Below are positions 9,616 through 20,263 of a DNA stretch of 64,000 bases, piece after piece. This DNA is from an uncultured bacterium (GTDB lineage: Bacteria; Verrucomicrobiota; Verrucomicrobiia; Limisphaerales; UBA8199): positions 1 through 64,000 of the forward strand of contig CAVVMW010000025.1 of the NCBI GenBank assembly GCA_963749495.1. Direction: 5' to 3'. The first letter of the stretch is position 1. Every line of letters starts with the position of its first letter. Below the pieces are notes generated by a model that saw nothing but the letters and a program-made list of their open reading frames with translations, did not search any database and was not told the origin of the DNA. A program made the position numbers and the translations under genes.

Positions 9616-9905
9616 ATGACCTTTCTCAACGCCATCATCCAATCGCTCAGCCGGGCCGGGGAATACAACCGGGACGACCAGGTTGCCCCTGCGGAGATCC
9701 TGTGGCCGGACAAGGAGCGGCAGTGGGAGCCGGTGCTGCCGGTGTTGCGCGAGCGGCTGCCGCACCTGCTCACCCTGGGGCCCTATGCCGCCAACTGCAA
9801 AACCGGCCCGGCAATCTGGCTGCGGTGCATGATTGCCCGGAGCCGAGGTTCGGCCTCGCCATGTTTGCCGGAGGCCAACTGGCCGGAGAAGACCACGGCG
9901 GATAA
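9616..9905 (+). pseudogene. pglZ: BREX PglZ (type B) N-terminal fragment, truncated
   Basis: YNRDDQVAPAEILWPDKERQWE...LLTLGPY...TGPAIWLRCMIA is the characteristic PglZ type B N-terminus; cut after ~95 codons at a GGGTC...CATAACT end. Confidence 0.75.
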
Positions 9906-10116
9906 GGGTCGGTCATAACTATTGATTCGGGAGAAATGCAGCGGGTTTTTCAGCAGCAGTTTCTAAGCCTCAAGAAACCCAAATGCTTTTGGTTGTGATA
10001 ACCCCAATGGAAGATAATACAACGGCGGCCGTGCTCCAAAGCACCGCGCCGCCCTAAAACAACCCGCAACCGACCGCGGCGGGAATTTCAAAGCAAAAGG
10101 ACCTGGCGGTCCGGTC

Positions 10117-12080
10117 TTAGTTCGCCCTCGCGGCCAGGCTTGGCCCAACCGCCGCCGGCTCTTGCTCCATTTCCCAGGCGATGCGGCGCAGCCACCGCGT
10201 CACGTTGCAGGCCGCGCCGGTGAAGTAGTTCTGGAGCTTGGTTTTGGCCAGACCGCGATAGCGCGCATGCCTCAGGCCGTGACCTCGCACCAACTCGCTT
10301 TGCGTGCCCTCGATCCCGTTGCGGTGTTTCATCCGTTGCTTGAACTCCTGGGTGCGCTGCTCCTGTCTGCGGGTCTGCAACGCGGTGTGATGCTCCCCCA
10401 CAACCAGCGTGCGATGCTTGTGCTCGGCCTTGATGCATTGGCCGCGCCAAGGACAAGCGGCACACGTGGCGGTGTCCCATTCGAAACGGTAAGCCACTCT
10501 CCCGGTGGCCTGCTCCTCCAGCCGGCTGCATTGGCTGCTCGGCTGCCCAGCCGGACAAGTGGCTCGACGCTGCTCCACCTGGACTTGAAACGCTTGGGTG
10601 GTGAAACGGCCGTCGTTGTTGTTGGCGGGTGCCGGCGCCGGGCCAATCAACTCCCTGCCCGCCGCCGCCGCTTCCACCAGCTTGTCGGCCGAGATGTAAG
10701 CGCCATCCACGTCCTGCACCGGAGGCTTCTCCAAACCCATGGCCGCCTGTTCGGCCTCCATCTTTTCCGCGCCAGCCTCGTCGCTCTCATAGGCCGCATG
10801 GGTCACGATCCCGGCGATGAAATTGCGGGTCGGTTCGCCTGGCGCCAACGTCGCTTCACACACCGTCTCGGCCACCTGTATCTTGTAGCCCACGTGTTCC
10901 TTCTTTTTGTCGCCTTGCCCCTTGGCGGCACGGGCAGCATCCAGATCGTGGGGATTTTGCACCTGATCCAAGGCCGGCTGCTTTTTGTCTTCGGGCTGGA
11001 CCTCCGGGCTACTGGCCGCTGGCTGGCTCTGGGTGGGGTAGTCCTTGGGCTGGCCACTTACTGAGCGATTCGGGTCCGGCGCGCCATTTGCCTGAGCCGG
11101 CACCGGTGCCGGTTCGGCCGCCCCTGCCTGCAGGATCTCTTCCTGTAGGCTGGGCGGCGCCGCCGGGCTGCTGCTCGCGGATGGGACGGAGTCGGCGTCG
11201 GGTGGCATGGTTATCGCGGCGGCCGTCCCCGCCACAGCCTCGGAAGCGGCCGACGCAGGTCTGGCCAGCGCGACGATGATCTCCTTGGCGGCCAGTGCCG
11301 CCGGACCAGCGCGCACGTCGAATTGTTCGGCAAAAACCCGCCGCAACAACTCCACCTGGGGTCCAGTCGCCGCCCGCGATGGCTCGGGCTGGCCCAGCCA
11401 CTCCAGCAGTTGCCACGCATCGCTGCCCGCCTCCGCTAACTTGCGTCCCAGCGTCTCAGCGCTGGCCCGGTAGTCCACTTGGCTCTCCACATAGCGTTCC
11501 CACAGCCCGACCCAAAAGCGTGGGCGCGCATCGGCCGGCAGCGCCTCCGCCAGTTCATGGAGGGCGAGCCGCAAGCTTTCCCGCACGCAGTCCAGCCGGC
11601 TCATCTTGGCTACCCGCCCGAACATCTGGGTGGAGTCCAGTCGCTGACGACTCTGCCGAGAGACCAAACCCGCTTTCTCCAAGGCGTCCAAAATCGTCGT
11701 GAAGCCCAAGGCACTCTGCCGGCACTCCTCCAGACGGTCGCGGAAATTGCCCAAGCTGGTGGGGTGGAACACCGGATCGCCCAACTGCCGGTTCAAGGCA
11801 AAGTTCCACCCCGCGTGGTACTGGAGCATCTCGACGGCTTGCCGGTCGGGCACCCCGTCCAGGTATTGAAGGATGCTGGTGCCCAGCATGAAGACCGGCT
11901 CCAGGGCCACACGCCCGTTCTCCAGACAGTAGCACTTTTCCAAAGTGGCCCGAGCCGCCACCAGGCGCGGGTAAACCACTTTGGCAAAGAGGCGGTAGCG
12001 GTCAGTGGGGGCGAACATGCTGGCCGAGAGCCCCGCCGTAGAGAAGAGCTCCCCTGGGTCGAGAAGTCGGGCAAGCTCAT
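10117..12080 (-). CDS. IS1182-family transposase (DUF772-like N-terminus, DDE C-terminus) with an Ala/Pro-rich insert; frameshift near the start
   Basis: ENGRVALEP, VFHPTSLGNFRDRL, QRLDSTQM, DGAY, RNGIEGTQSELVRGHGLRHARYRG; true start MSLPDFSTQG needs one extra G at ~12052. Confidence 0.85.
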
Positions 12081-12147
12081 AGCCGGGCTCCCCAAGACCA
12101 ATGATTGGCGCTGGACATGCGGCTACCCTATGGGGTAGCATAAGGAA

Positions 12148-12348
12148 ATGCAAGCCGAATATGTGATGAAGGTCCAGGTCATTAAATCCCGCAAACAGCC
12201 CCCACGGTTCTACGTGAACATCCCCCTGCCGCTGGCGGCCGCATTGGACCTTCGAGCCAGGGAACTGGTCCAATGGCAACTCCTGGGGCAATCGGATCTC
12301 CGGTTGGTCCGGCTGGAGGCCCCTCCCGCCAAACCAAGGAGGAAATAA
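12148..12348 (+). CDS. Small AbrB/MazE-like (swapped-hairpin) DNA-binding protein inside the IS
   Basis: MKVQVI...RFYVNIPLPLAAALDLRARELVQWQL pattern; AAGGA RBS. Confidence 0.6.
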   Translation: MQAEYVMKVQVIKSRKQPPRFYVNIPLPLAAALDLRARELVQWQLLGQSDLRLVRLEAPPAKPRRK

Positions 12349-12421
12349 TTGAGGGGGTTTTTCAGCGGAATCCATACTATGGGTTGGCCCCTTTCCTCGG
12401 GTCCCTTCGGGACGAAGCGAC

Positions 12422-12862
12422 TCACTGTTTGGATCGCTTGAACAAATCCACCGAGCGGACGGGGTTGATGCCGCGCTTCTGGAGGGCCTCGATGGCGCGG
12501 TCCGGGTCGTCGAAGCGGAAGGCCAACAGGCCCTTGCCTTCCTGGCGGAGGGTGAAGCCGTACATGAACTCGACGTTGACGCGCGGCTTCTCCAGGGCGG
12601 CCAGTATCCGGGCCAGGCCGCCCGGCTCGTCGGCCACCTCGATGGCCACCATGTCGGTCACCTTGACGACGAACCCCTCCTGCTCGAGCAGCGCCTTGGC
12701 CTTCTGCCAGTCCTCCAGGATAAAGCGCAGGATGCCGAACTGCTGGGTGTCGGCAATCGAGAGCGTGAGGATGTTGAAGTTGGCTTTGGCCAGCAGGTCC
12801 ACGGGGCGGTTCAGGGCGCCGGGCTTGTTTTCCAGGAATAAAGAGAGCTGTTTGACTTTCAT
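12422..12862 (-). CDS. ACT domain-containing protein (two ACT repeats)
   Basis: MKVKQLSLFLENKPG...LSIADT..FGILRFI...VADEPGGLA; usual neighbour of paaK. Confidence 0.9.
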   Translation of the reverse strand: MKVKQLSLFLENKPGALNRPVDLLAKANFNILTLSIADTQQFGILRFILEDWQKAKALLEQEGFVVKVTDMVAIEVADEPGGLARILAALEKPRVNVEFMYGFTLRQEGKGLLAFRFDDPDRAIEALQKRGINPVRSVDLFKRSKQ

Positions 12863-12884
12863 AGGGAGTAAGGGTTTGGGGCAG

Positions 12885-14215
12885 TTACATCTTGCGCTGG
12901 TCCAGGACACGTTTGGCCTTGCCTTCGCTGCGCGGGATGGTGCGGGGCTGGACCAGGCGCACGTTGGCGCGCAGGCCCACGGTTGTCTCGATCAACTTGC
13001 TGAGCTTGGCCTGCAACTGCTCGAGGGCGCCGACCGTGTCGCCGAACACCTCGGGCGTCACCTCGACCTGCACCTCCATGACGTCCAGGCCCCGGTCGCG
13101 GGTCAGGAGGATTTGGTAATGGGGCAGCGCCCCCTCGACCTTGAGCAGCGCCGTCTCGATCTGGGAGGGATACACGTTGATGCCGCGGATGATGAACATG
13201 TCGTCGGAGCGCCGGCTAATGCGCTGGATGCGGCGCAGGGTGCGCCCGCACTCGCAGGCTCCGAGGTGAGGGCGGTGATATCGCGCGTGCGGTAGCGGAT
13301 CATCGGCATCGCCTGCTTGCCCAGCGTCGTGAGCACCAATTCCCCCTCTTGCCCTTCGGCGCAGGCCCGGCCCGTCTTGGGGTCGACGATCTCGGGGTAG
13401 AAGTAGTCCTCGAAGATGTGCGGACCGGCCTGGCACTGGCATTCCATGGCCACTCCGGGACCGACGATTTCGGTCAGCCCGTAGATGTCGTAGGCCTTGA
13501 TGCCGCTGTCGGCCTCGATGCGCCGCCGCATGGACTCAGTCCAGGGCTCCGCGCCGAAAACCCCCGTGTGGATGGGCAGGTCCTTGATGTTCACGCCCAC
13601 CTCCGGGGCCTGGTCGATCAGGTGCAGGAAATAGCTGGGCGTGCAGCAGATCGCCGTCACCCCGAAATCCTTCATCACCATCAACTGCCGCTGCGTGTTG
13701 CCGCCGGAGATGGGGATAACCGTGGCGCCCAGGGCCTCGGCCCCGTAATGCGCCCCCAGGCCCCCGGTGAACAGGCCATACCCGTAAGCATTCTGGATGA
13801 TGTCACCCTCGTGCAGCCCGCACGCCGCAAAACTGCGCAGCATCACGTTGGTCCACACCCCCACGTCCTCCTGCGTGTAGGCCACCACGATCGGCTTGCC
13901 CGTCGTGCCGCTGGACGCGTGCAGGCGCACAATGTCCTTCATCGGGCTGGCGAACAGCCCGAAGGGGTAGGTGTCCCGCAAATCGGTCTTCTCCGTGAAC
14001 GGCAGCTTGTCAATGTCCTCCAGCCGTTCCACGTCCCGCGGCGTCAAACCCCGGTCCGCCATCCGCTTGCGGAACAGCGCCACGTGGTCGTCGGCCCGCT
14101 CCACGATCCCCTTGAGCCGCCGCAATTGCAGGTCGCGCAACTGCGCCAGGGGCAAAAAATCCGGCGCGCTGACCGGGTGGAAACTCAGGTTCTTGCGATT
14201 CAGGTCTTTGCTCAT
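12885..14215 (-). CDS. paaK: Phenylacetate-CoA ligase (one frameshift at ~13257)
   Basis: RLHASSGTTGKP, YGYGLFTGGLG, YDIYGLTEI, PMIRYRTRD, RSDDMFIIRGINVYPSQIE, EGKAKRV. Confidence 0.92.
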
Positions 14216-14272
14216 AAGCATAGCGTCTGCTGCGGTTAAGCACCTTTACCGCCTTTGCGCCCAGGATTGCAA

Positions 14273-14713
14273 TCATGAAGTAGGGGTCTGCCCCCGTGAC
14301 GCTCCCGCCTTCTCGAGCAGGTTGATGAACCAGGCCGGGGGCCGGGTGGGCTTGCCGTGGCGGTCGGTGAAGGCATGGACGGTGTAGCCGCGCACCACGG
14401 GGCGGCCGCTGTCTGCCTGACGCACCTGCACCTCGAAACGCAGCCGCGCCCGCCCCGCCCGCTCCACCCTCGAGACGATCTCCAGCAAATCGTCAAAGCG
14501 CGCCCCGCCCTGGAACTGGAGGTGCGCCTCGACCAGCGGCAGGAAGGAACCCCGCGCCTCCAGCGCCGCATAAGACATCCCCAGCTTGCGCCGCATCAGC
14601 TCCGAGCGCCCGCACTCGAACCACTCCAATGCCCTGGAGTTGTAGAAGGTCCCCATCTGGTCGGTCTCGCTGTAGCGCACTCGCAGTTGCAGCACATCGG
14701 TTAACGGGCTCAT
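14273..14713 (-). CDS. Acyl-CoA thioesterase (4HBT/YbgC-FadM family)
   Basis: LRVRYSETDQMG..YNSRALEWFECGR hot-dog motif. Confidence 0.88.
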   Translation of the reverse strand: MSPLTDVLQLRVRYSETDQMGTFYNSRALEWFECGRSELMRRKLGMSYAALEARGSFLPLVEAHLQFQGGARFDDLLEIVSRVERAGRARLRFEVQVRQADSGRPVVRGYTVHAFTDRHGKPTRPPAWFINLLEKAGASRGQTPTS

Positions 14714-14784
14714 CACCGGCAGGCTGCCCCAAAACACCCGCCCTTTCAATTTGAATCAGATGGGGCGCATCACAGGATTCTTCG

Positions 14785-14840
14785 CTGCCGCCTGAAGGCG
14801 GCGTTCCGCAACGGACCGGAACGCCGCCTTTAGGCGGCAG
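14785..14840. repeat. REP-like inverted doublet
   Basis: CTGCCGCCTGAAGGCGGCGTTCC ... GGAACGCCGCCTTTAGGCGGCAG; each arm is itself palindromic. Confidence 0.8.
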
Positions 14841-14991
14841 GACGGGCGGTCGAGCAAATCGGTCGTGCGCCCAATCAACCAATCAACCATCGTCCTCATA
14901 AAGTGCTTGACGGGCGAATGGGTTTTTCTTACTCAAAGAAGGCCGAGGATGGGGCGCCAGCACCCATCCTCGGTGTTTGTTGAAGCTAAAT

Positions 14992-16096
14992 ATGAAATCT
15001 GATGCTCCGGCCCCGATTCCCGTTCCCCTGGCGCAACGTTGGCACGAGGTGCGTGTGCGCTATTTGCCCTGGCTGGTCTTTGCGGGGGCGGTGGCGGCGG
15101 GCGGGCTGCTCTGGAGCTGGCAGGCCGGCTCGCCCAGGATGGTCGGGCAGGCCGAGCCGATCATCGCCAACGTCAGTTCCCACAAGACGGGCGTGCTGAC
15201 CGAGCTCAACGTCAATCGCTTTCAGCGGGTCAAGCTGGGCGACCCGATCGGGACAGTTATGCTGGCCGACCCGAGGATCGTGGCCGCCTCGCTGGAGGTC
15301 ATCCGGTCCGAGATAGAGCCTGCTGCGGGTGGACCTCAAGCCCATCGCCGACCGGCAGCGCGCCGCCTTGGATTACGACCAACTCCGGCTCAACGGGCTG
15401 AGGCAGCGCACCCAACTGGCGGGGGCGCGGGCGGACTTGCAGTATGCGCAGAGCAATTACGTCCGCATGGACACGCTCTTCCGGGAGAAGATCGTCGCCG
15501 AGAGCGTTTTCGAGCAGGCCAGGGCCGCCCGGGACAAACTGCAGAACGAGGTCGCTGAGCTGAGCAAGCTGGTCAGCGAATGCGAGACGCACTTGCAGGA
15601 ACTCCAGCTCACCAACGCGGTGGAACTCTCGAAGATCACCTCCGACCCATTGGACGCGGCCATCGCGGAGAAGGTAGCCAAGCTGCGCCTGACCGAGGCG
15701 GAACTCAACCCCGTGGTGGTCAAGGCCCCCATGGACGGCGTGGTCACGGCCATCTTTCATCGCGTGGGCGAGGCGGTGACCCCCGGACAACCGATCGTGG
15801 CCATCTCCACCCTCGAACCGGCGCGCATCGTCGGCTACCTGCGTCCGCCCATCCAGTGCGAGCCCCGGGCGGGCATGAAGGTCTCCGTGCGCACCCGTGG
15901 CCTCCGCCGCCAGACCGGCTCTGCCCAGGTCCTCGAAGTCGGCACCCAACTGGAGCCGGTGCCCCCTACCCTGGTCGGCCCGGTCAACTTCGCCAACATC
16001 ATCCAGGGCCTGCCCGTGGACATTAGCCTGCCCACAAACCTCAGCATCCGCGCCGGCGAGGTGGTCAATATCACGTTCCAAACAGGGCGCAATTAG
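14992..16096 (+). CDS. HlyD-family periplasmic adaptor / membrane fusion protein (frameshift at ~15319)
   Basis: N-terminal TM, lipoyl half VSSHKTGVLTELNVNRFQRVKLGDPI, coiled coil, VKAPMDGVVTAIFHRVGEAVTPGQPI. Confidence 0.8.
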
Positions 16097-16116
16097 ACCC
16101 CGTGCGCACCTTAGGC

Positions 16117-16260
16117 TAGAGCTTGTCCCAAGACCTTCCTAAAATGGGATCTTTGTCGAAACCTTTGTCGAAACCTTTGTCGAGCCGGCCATTTGTTGAC
16201 AAGGGCTGCGACAAAGGCTGCGACAAAGGTCCGGAATCAGAGCTTTTGGGACAGGCTCTA
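16117..16260. mobile_element. MITE with IS5-like ends and internal 12-bp repeats
   Basis: TAGAGCTTGTCCCAAGA ... TTTTGGGACAGGCTCTA; internal CTTTGTCGAAAC repeats facing GCGACAAAGGCT repeats; inserted between CCTTAG and CTAAGG hairpin arms. Confidence 0.75.
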
Positions 16261-16281
16261 AGCTAAGGTTGGCATACGCAC

Positions 16282-18606
16282 ATGAAGCGGGCGCGGCATC
16301 GGAATCGTTCCACGACGCCCGCCCCGGGCGCCAAGCCGGCTCCTCCGCCCCCCTCCGCCTCAAAGGCAGCCGGCGTGAGGGCAACCCGGGTGCCGGCACG
16401 CCGCAGGTGGGTCTATCGGTTGGCCGCGCTGACTCTGGGACCGCTGCTGCTCCTGGCACTGCTGGAGGGGGCGTTGCGGCTGGGCGGCTATGGCTTTTCG
16501 ACCTCTTTTTTCAAGCGGCTCGACATCGGCGGGCAGGAGTGCCTGGTCGAGAATGACCGGTTCGGCCTGAGATTCTTCCCGCCGGCCCTGGTGCGCCTGC
16601 CGGCGCCGATAGTGATGAAGGCCCGGAAACCCGCGGGCACGGTGCGGATCTTCATCCTGGGCGAATCGGCTGCGCTGGGGGACCCGCGGCCCCAGTTTGG
16701 CGCCGGCAGGTATTTGGAGGTCCTCCTGCGCCAACGTTACCCGGGCCAGGATTTCGAGCTGGTCAACACAGCGATCACCGCCATCAACTCGCACGTCATC
16801 CTTCCCATCGCGCGGGAATGCGCCGCTCACCAGGGAGACGTTTGGATCGTCTATATGGGCAACAATGAGATGGTCGGCCCTTTCGGCGCGGCCACGGTCT
16901 TTGGCCGGCAGGCCCCGCCGTTGGCCCTGGTGCGGCTCACGGTCTGGGTGCAGCAGGCGCGCCTGGGCCAATTGCTGGTGGACCTTTCCCGGAGGCTCAA
17001 GGGGTCTTCTGCCCAGCCATCCTGGCACGGGCTGGAGATGTTCCAGGAGAACAAAGTCTCCCCCGATGACCCTCGCAAGGAGGTGGTTTATGGCAGTTTC
17101 GCCCGGAACCTCCAGGACATACTCCAAGCCGGCCTGCATTCGGGAGCCAAGGTTCTGCTGAGCACGGTGGCTGTGAACCTCAAGGATTGCCCGCCCTTCG
17201 CTTCCGAGGCCAAGCGCATGGCTGTTGCAGAGGCCCAGCGGGCCGAGTGCCGGAGGCTCTGCTCGGAGGCCGCGGCTGCGGAGGCCCAGGCCAGATTCGC
17301 CGAGGCCCTCGAGGCCTACGCAAAGGCCGAGACCGTCCTTCCCGGCTCGGCGGAGGTCCACTTCCACATTGCAACTGACCATTTGCGGCTGGGCGATCGC
17401 GGCTCGGCGGCAGTGGAGTATCAGATGGCGCTGGACTGCGATGCCCTGCCGTGCCGCGCCGACTCGCGCATCAACGGCATCATTAAGGACCTGGCCCGCC
17501 GCCTGGCCGGTCCCGGGCTGGCCTTTTGCGATGCCGCTGCTGCCCTGGCCTCCGCCAGCCCCGAGGGCATCCCGGGCCAGGAATCCTTCTACGAGCACGT
17601 GCACCTGAATTTCGACGGTAACTATCGGCTCGCGCGCGCCTGGGCGGCGCAACTGGAGAAGGTGCTGCCGCCCGCCCTCACCCGCCGCGGGGCGGCTGGT
17701 TGGGCCTCGCAAGAGGCCTGCGAGCGCCTCCTGGGCCTGACCGACTGGAACCGCCTCTCGGTCTTTGAGGAGATGGACCGGCGGCTCGGGCAACCTCCCT
17801 TCAGCGGCCAGCTCGACAATGCCCGGCGGCTCGAAGCGGCCAAGGCCGCCGTTGCCGAACTGGAGCGGCGCATCGCCGCCGCCTCGCCCGACCAGGCTCG
17901 ACAGAACTACCTGGAGGCCCTCAAGAGCGCCCCCGACGACCATAACCTCCACGAGGCCTACGCCGAATTCCTCGAGGCCATCCACGATCGCCCCCAGGCC
18001 ACCGTCGAGCGCGAGAAGGTCTGCAGCCTCATCCCGCATTTCTATTTCCCCCATTACAGCCTGGGCCAAATCCTCAAGGAACAAGGGCGGCTGGCCGAGG
18101 CCCTGCAGTGCCTCCAGCGAGCCGCCGCCTTGAACCCGCGCGGGAGCAACGTGCGGCTGGAGCTGGGCATCGTCCTGGCCCGCCGCAACCAATGGGAGGC
18201 CGCCCTGGCCCAGTTCGACCTGGCGCGCCGGTTCAACCCGGACGACCCGCAGGCCCTGCTCTACTCCGGCGAGGTCCTCCGGCAGCTCAACCGCGCCGCC
18301 GAGTCCCTCGACCGCTGGCGCCAGGCCATCCGCCTCCAGCCCGCCTATTGGGAAGCCCATTACCGTCTGGGCGAAGGACTTGCCCAGCAAGGCAACACCG
18401 CAGCCGCCGCCCAGGAATTCGCCCAGGTCCTCAACCTCAATCCCGGCTACATCAAGGCCCTCATGAACCTGGGCGTCGCCCTGGTCAAACTCGGACGCCC
18501 CGCCGAGGCGGTGCAGCAGTTTGACCAGGTCCTGCGCCTGGACCCCCGGAACCAGCAGGCCGCCCAGTTCAGACAGCAGGCGATGAGCCGCGTGGGATTC
18601 AAGTAG
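16282..18606 (+). CDS. Membrane-anchored SGNH/GDSL-like hydrolase-domain protein with C-terminal TPR repeats
   Basis: RIFILGESAALG, IVYMGNNE, FYEHVHLNFDGNY, multiple TPRs. Confidence 0.85.
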   Translation: MKRARHRNRSTTPAPGAKPAPPPPSASKAAGVRATRVPARRRWVYRLAALTLGPLLLLALLEGALRLGGYGFSTSFFKRLDIGGQECLVENDRFGLRFFPPALVRLPAPIVMKARKPAGTVRIFILGESAALGDPRPQFGAGRYLEVLLRQRYPGQDFELVNTAITAINSHVILPIARECAAHQGDVWIVYMGNNEMVGPFGAATVFGRQAPPLALVRLTVWVQQARLGQLLVDLSRRLKGSSAQPSWHGLEMFQENKVSPDDPRKEVVYGSFARNLQDILQAGLHSGAKVLLSTVAVNLKDCPPFASEAKRMAVAEAQRAECRRLCSEAAAAEAQARFAEALEAYAKAETVLPGSAEVHFHIATDHLRLGDRGSAAVEYQMALDCDALPCRADSRINGIIKDLARRLAGPGLAFCDAAAALASASPEGIPGQESFYEHVHLNFDGNYRLARAWAAQLEKVLPPALTRRGAAGWASQEACERLLGLTDWNRLSVFEEMDRRLGQPPFSGQLDNARRLEAAKAAVAELERRIAAASPDQARQNYLEALKSAPDDHNLHEAYAEFLEAIHDRPQATVEREKVCSLIPHFYFPHYSLGQILKEQGRLAEALQCLQRAAALNPRGSNVRLELGIVLARRNQWEAALAQFDLARRFNPDDPQALLYSGEVLRQLNRAAESLDRWRQAIRLQPAYWEAHYRLGEGLAQQGNTAAAAQEFAQVLNLNPGYIKALMNLGVALVKLGRPAEAVQQFDQVLRLDPRNQQAAQFRQQAMSRVGFK

Positions 18607-18633
18607 GCGGGGGCTCCAAGTTGATTCAGAAGA

Positions 18634-18708
18634 TGGTGCGCGATAGAGGGTTTGAACCTCTGACCCCTTCCGTGTCAAGGAAGTGCTCTACCACTGAGCT
18701 AACCGCGC
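18634..18708 (-). tRNA. tRNA-Val(GAC)
   Basis: Reverse complement GCGCGGTTAGCTCAGTGGTAGAGCACTTCCTTGACACGGAAGGGGTCAGAGGTTCAAACCCTCTATCGCGCACCA; full cloverleaf with CCA. Confidence 0.97.
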
Positions 18709-18887
18709 GACCAATTTGCTGTCAACCGATGGAAGGTTAAATGGAAGTTACCTCAGGGGCAAGAGATTTTGGCCCATCATTACACCACGTTGCACGGCCG
18801 CCCACCGGCGGAAGCGGAGATGGCAGACTTCTTTCCGACCGGCCTTTCCCTTTCCTTTGGAGTCGTCCCGGGATTATGGTATCGCGC

Positions 18888-20252
18888 ATGAGCAAGCGCC
18901 GAAGAGCAGACGCGTTGATTGCGGAAATCCAGCACGAACTCAGGCCGGGGCATTTCGTCCGGCGTGAGGATGTATCCCGGCTCGCTGGCAACCTGGGCCA
19001 ATTGGAGGAACGGCTCCAGGATTTGGCAAAGGCCGGCGAGGCGGAGCGGGCGGTGCGGCTCTATGAAATACTGCTGTCCGGCACGTACGCGAAGAACGAG
19101 GAGTGCGACGACAAGTGCTATTTGTCCATGTCCTTCGCCCGCGCCTTTTGTGGCTGGATCAAGGCCCGGCAGACGGCGGGACGGCCGGCGGAAGAAACCG
19201 TCGGCCAGATTCTGAACTGGAAGAAGAACGACAAGTACAGCTTCTGCTTCGAGATTGAGAAACACGTGGTGAAGGCGCTGGACAGGGAGGGACGGCGGTT
19301 GTTCATCGGCCATTTTGAGGGACTGGTGGAGAAGGCGGTGCCTGCTTCGGCAGCCACACCGGCCAAAGCGATTTTCGAATACGAAAACGATGTGCGGTTG
19401 CCGGCGCTCACCCTCAAGGAGATTTACGAGTCTTTGAACGACGCCCAGTCTTACGCGGGTCTATGCGAACGGCTGGGTTTCAGTCCGCTGGATTGCGAAC
19501 GGCTGGCGAAGATGGAGATGGCCAGGGAACGTTGGACCAAAGCGCTGGAATGGGTGGGAAAGGGGGTCGCGCTCGGACCCACGCGGAATTGGCACAACGA
19601 GGGCGGCTATTCGCTGGAGGGGCTCAAGCCGGAGTTGCTTCGCAAGCTCGGTCGCAAGGAGGACGCGTTGGCCGCGGCGTGGGCTGATTTTCAGGAAAAC
19701 CCGAATGATTCGAGCTATGACGAACTGATGCGTTATGTGCCAAAGGGCGAGAGACCCGCCTGGCACGAGCGGGCAATCACGGCGGCCGGCGAAGCGGAGC
19801 TGGGGGCGTTCATCTCCTTGTGCTTGAAGGCCAGGGAATGGGAACGACTCGCCGGCCGGGTCCGTTCGGCGACCCCAGGTGAATTGGAGACCCTGAGCCA
19901 TTATTGCACGGAGCCCGCCGCCAAGGCTTTGGCCAAGAGAGATCCCGTCCCGGCAGCCAAGCTGTATCGGGCCTTGGGCATGCGCATTCTGAATGCTGGG
20001 AAAAGCAAGTATTATGATGCGGCCCTGGACCACTTTGAGAAGGCCCGAGACCTGTATTGTGAGGCGGAGCAACCGTCGGGATGGGAGGAAATAGTGGGGG
20101 CCGTGCGGACGGCCCATTCGCGCAAATCTGGGTTTCTGTCAGCATTCGAAGAGCTTGTCTCAAGGGATTCCCAGCGGTCCCCCGGCGGATCCCGGCGGTC
20201 CCCTTCATTTGCCGATGAGGCGCAGGACCGGTGGAAGCGGCTGAGTTCTTGA
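18888..20252 (+). CDS. Hypothetical all-helical protein (DUF6880-like)
   Basis: Long ORF; C-terminal AAKLYRALGMRILNAGKSKYYDAAL...HSRKSGF motif. Confidence 0.7.
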   Translation: MSKRRRADALIAEIQHELRPGHFVRREDVSRLAGNLGQLEERLQDLAKAGEAERAVRLYEILLSGTYAKNEECDDKCYLSMSFARAFCGWIKARQTAGRPAEETVGQILNWKKNDKYSFCFEIEKHVVKALDREGRRLFIGHFEGLVEKAVPASAATPAKAIFEYENDVRLPALTLKEIYESLNDAQSYAGLCERLGFSPLDCERLAKMEMARERWTKALEWVGKGVALGPTRNWHNEGGYSLEGLKPELLRKLGRKEDALAAAWADFQENPNDSSYDELMRYVPKGERPAWHERAITAAGEAELGAFISLCLKAREWERLAGRVRSATPGELETLSHYCTEPAAKALAKRDPVPAAKLYRALGMRILNAGKSKYYDAALDHFEKARDLYCEAEQPSGWEEIVGAVRTAHSRKSGFLSAFEELVSRDSQRSPGGSRRSPSFADEAQDRWKRLSS

Positions 20253-20263
20253 GGAGGCCAGCC

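Larger units (their letters stand above)
9924..12372 (-). mobile_element. IS1182-family-like insertion sequence carrying a divergent small gene
   Basis: Imperfect ends GATTCGGGAGAAA (9924) and TTTCAGCGGAATC (12372); transposase plus an AbrB-like ORF; no clear TSD. Confidence 0.6.

Noticed and set aside
9616..9918. Functional BREX system
   Set aside because: Only ~95 codons of pglZ remain; no brxC, pglX or brxL in the window
18661..18667. TGACCCC inside tRNA-Val and other isolated GGGGTC hits in coding regions
   Set aside because: They lack the A-rich context and mark no breakpoint, so they were not counted as element ends
16360..18678. 772-aa antisense ORF and other long shadow ORFs (e.g. 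25555..27024, 28519..29877, 57053..58585)
   Set aside because: They lie opposite well-supported genes in high-GC DNA and have no motifs
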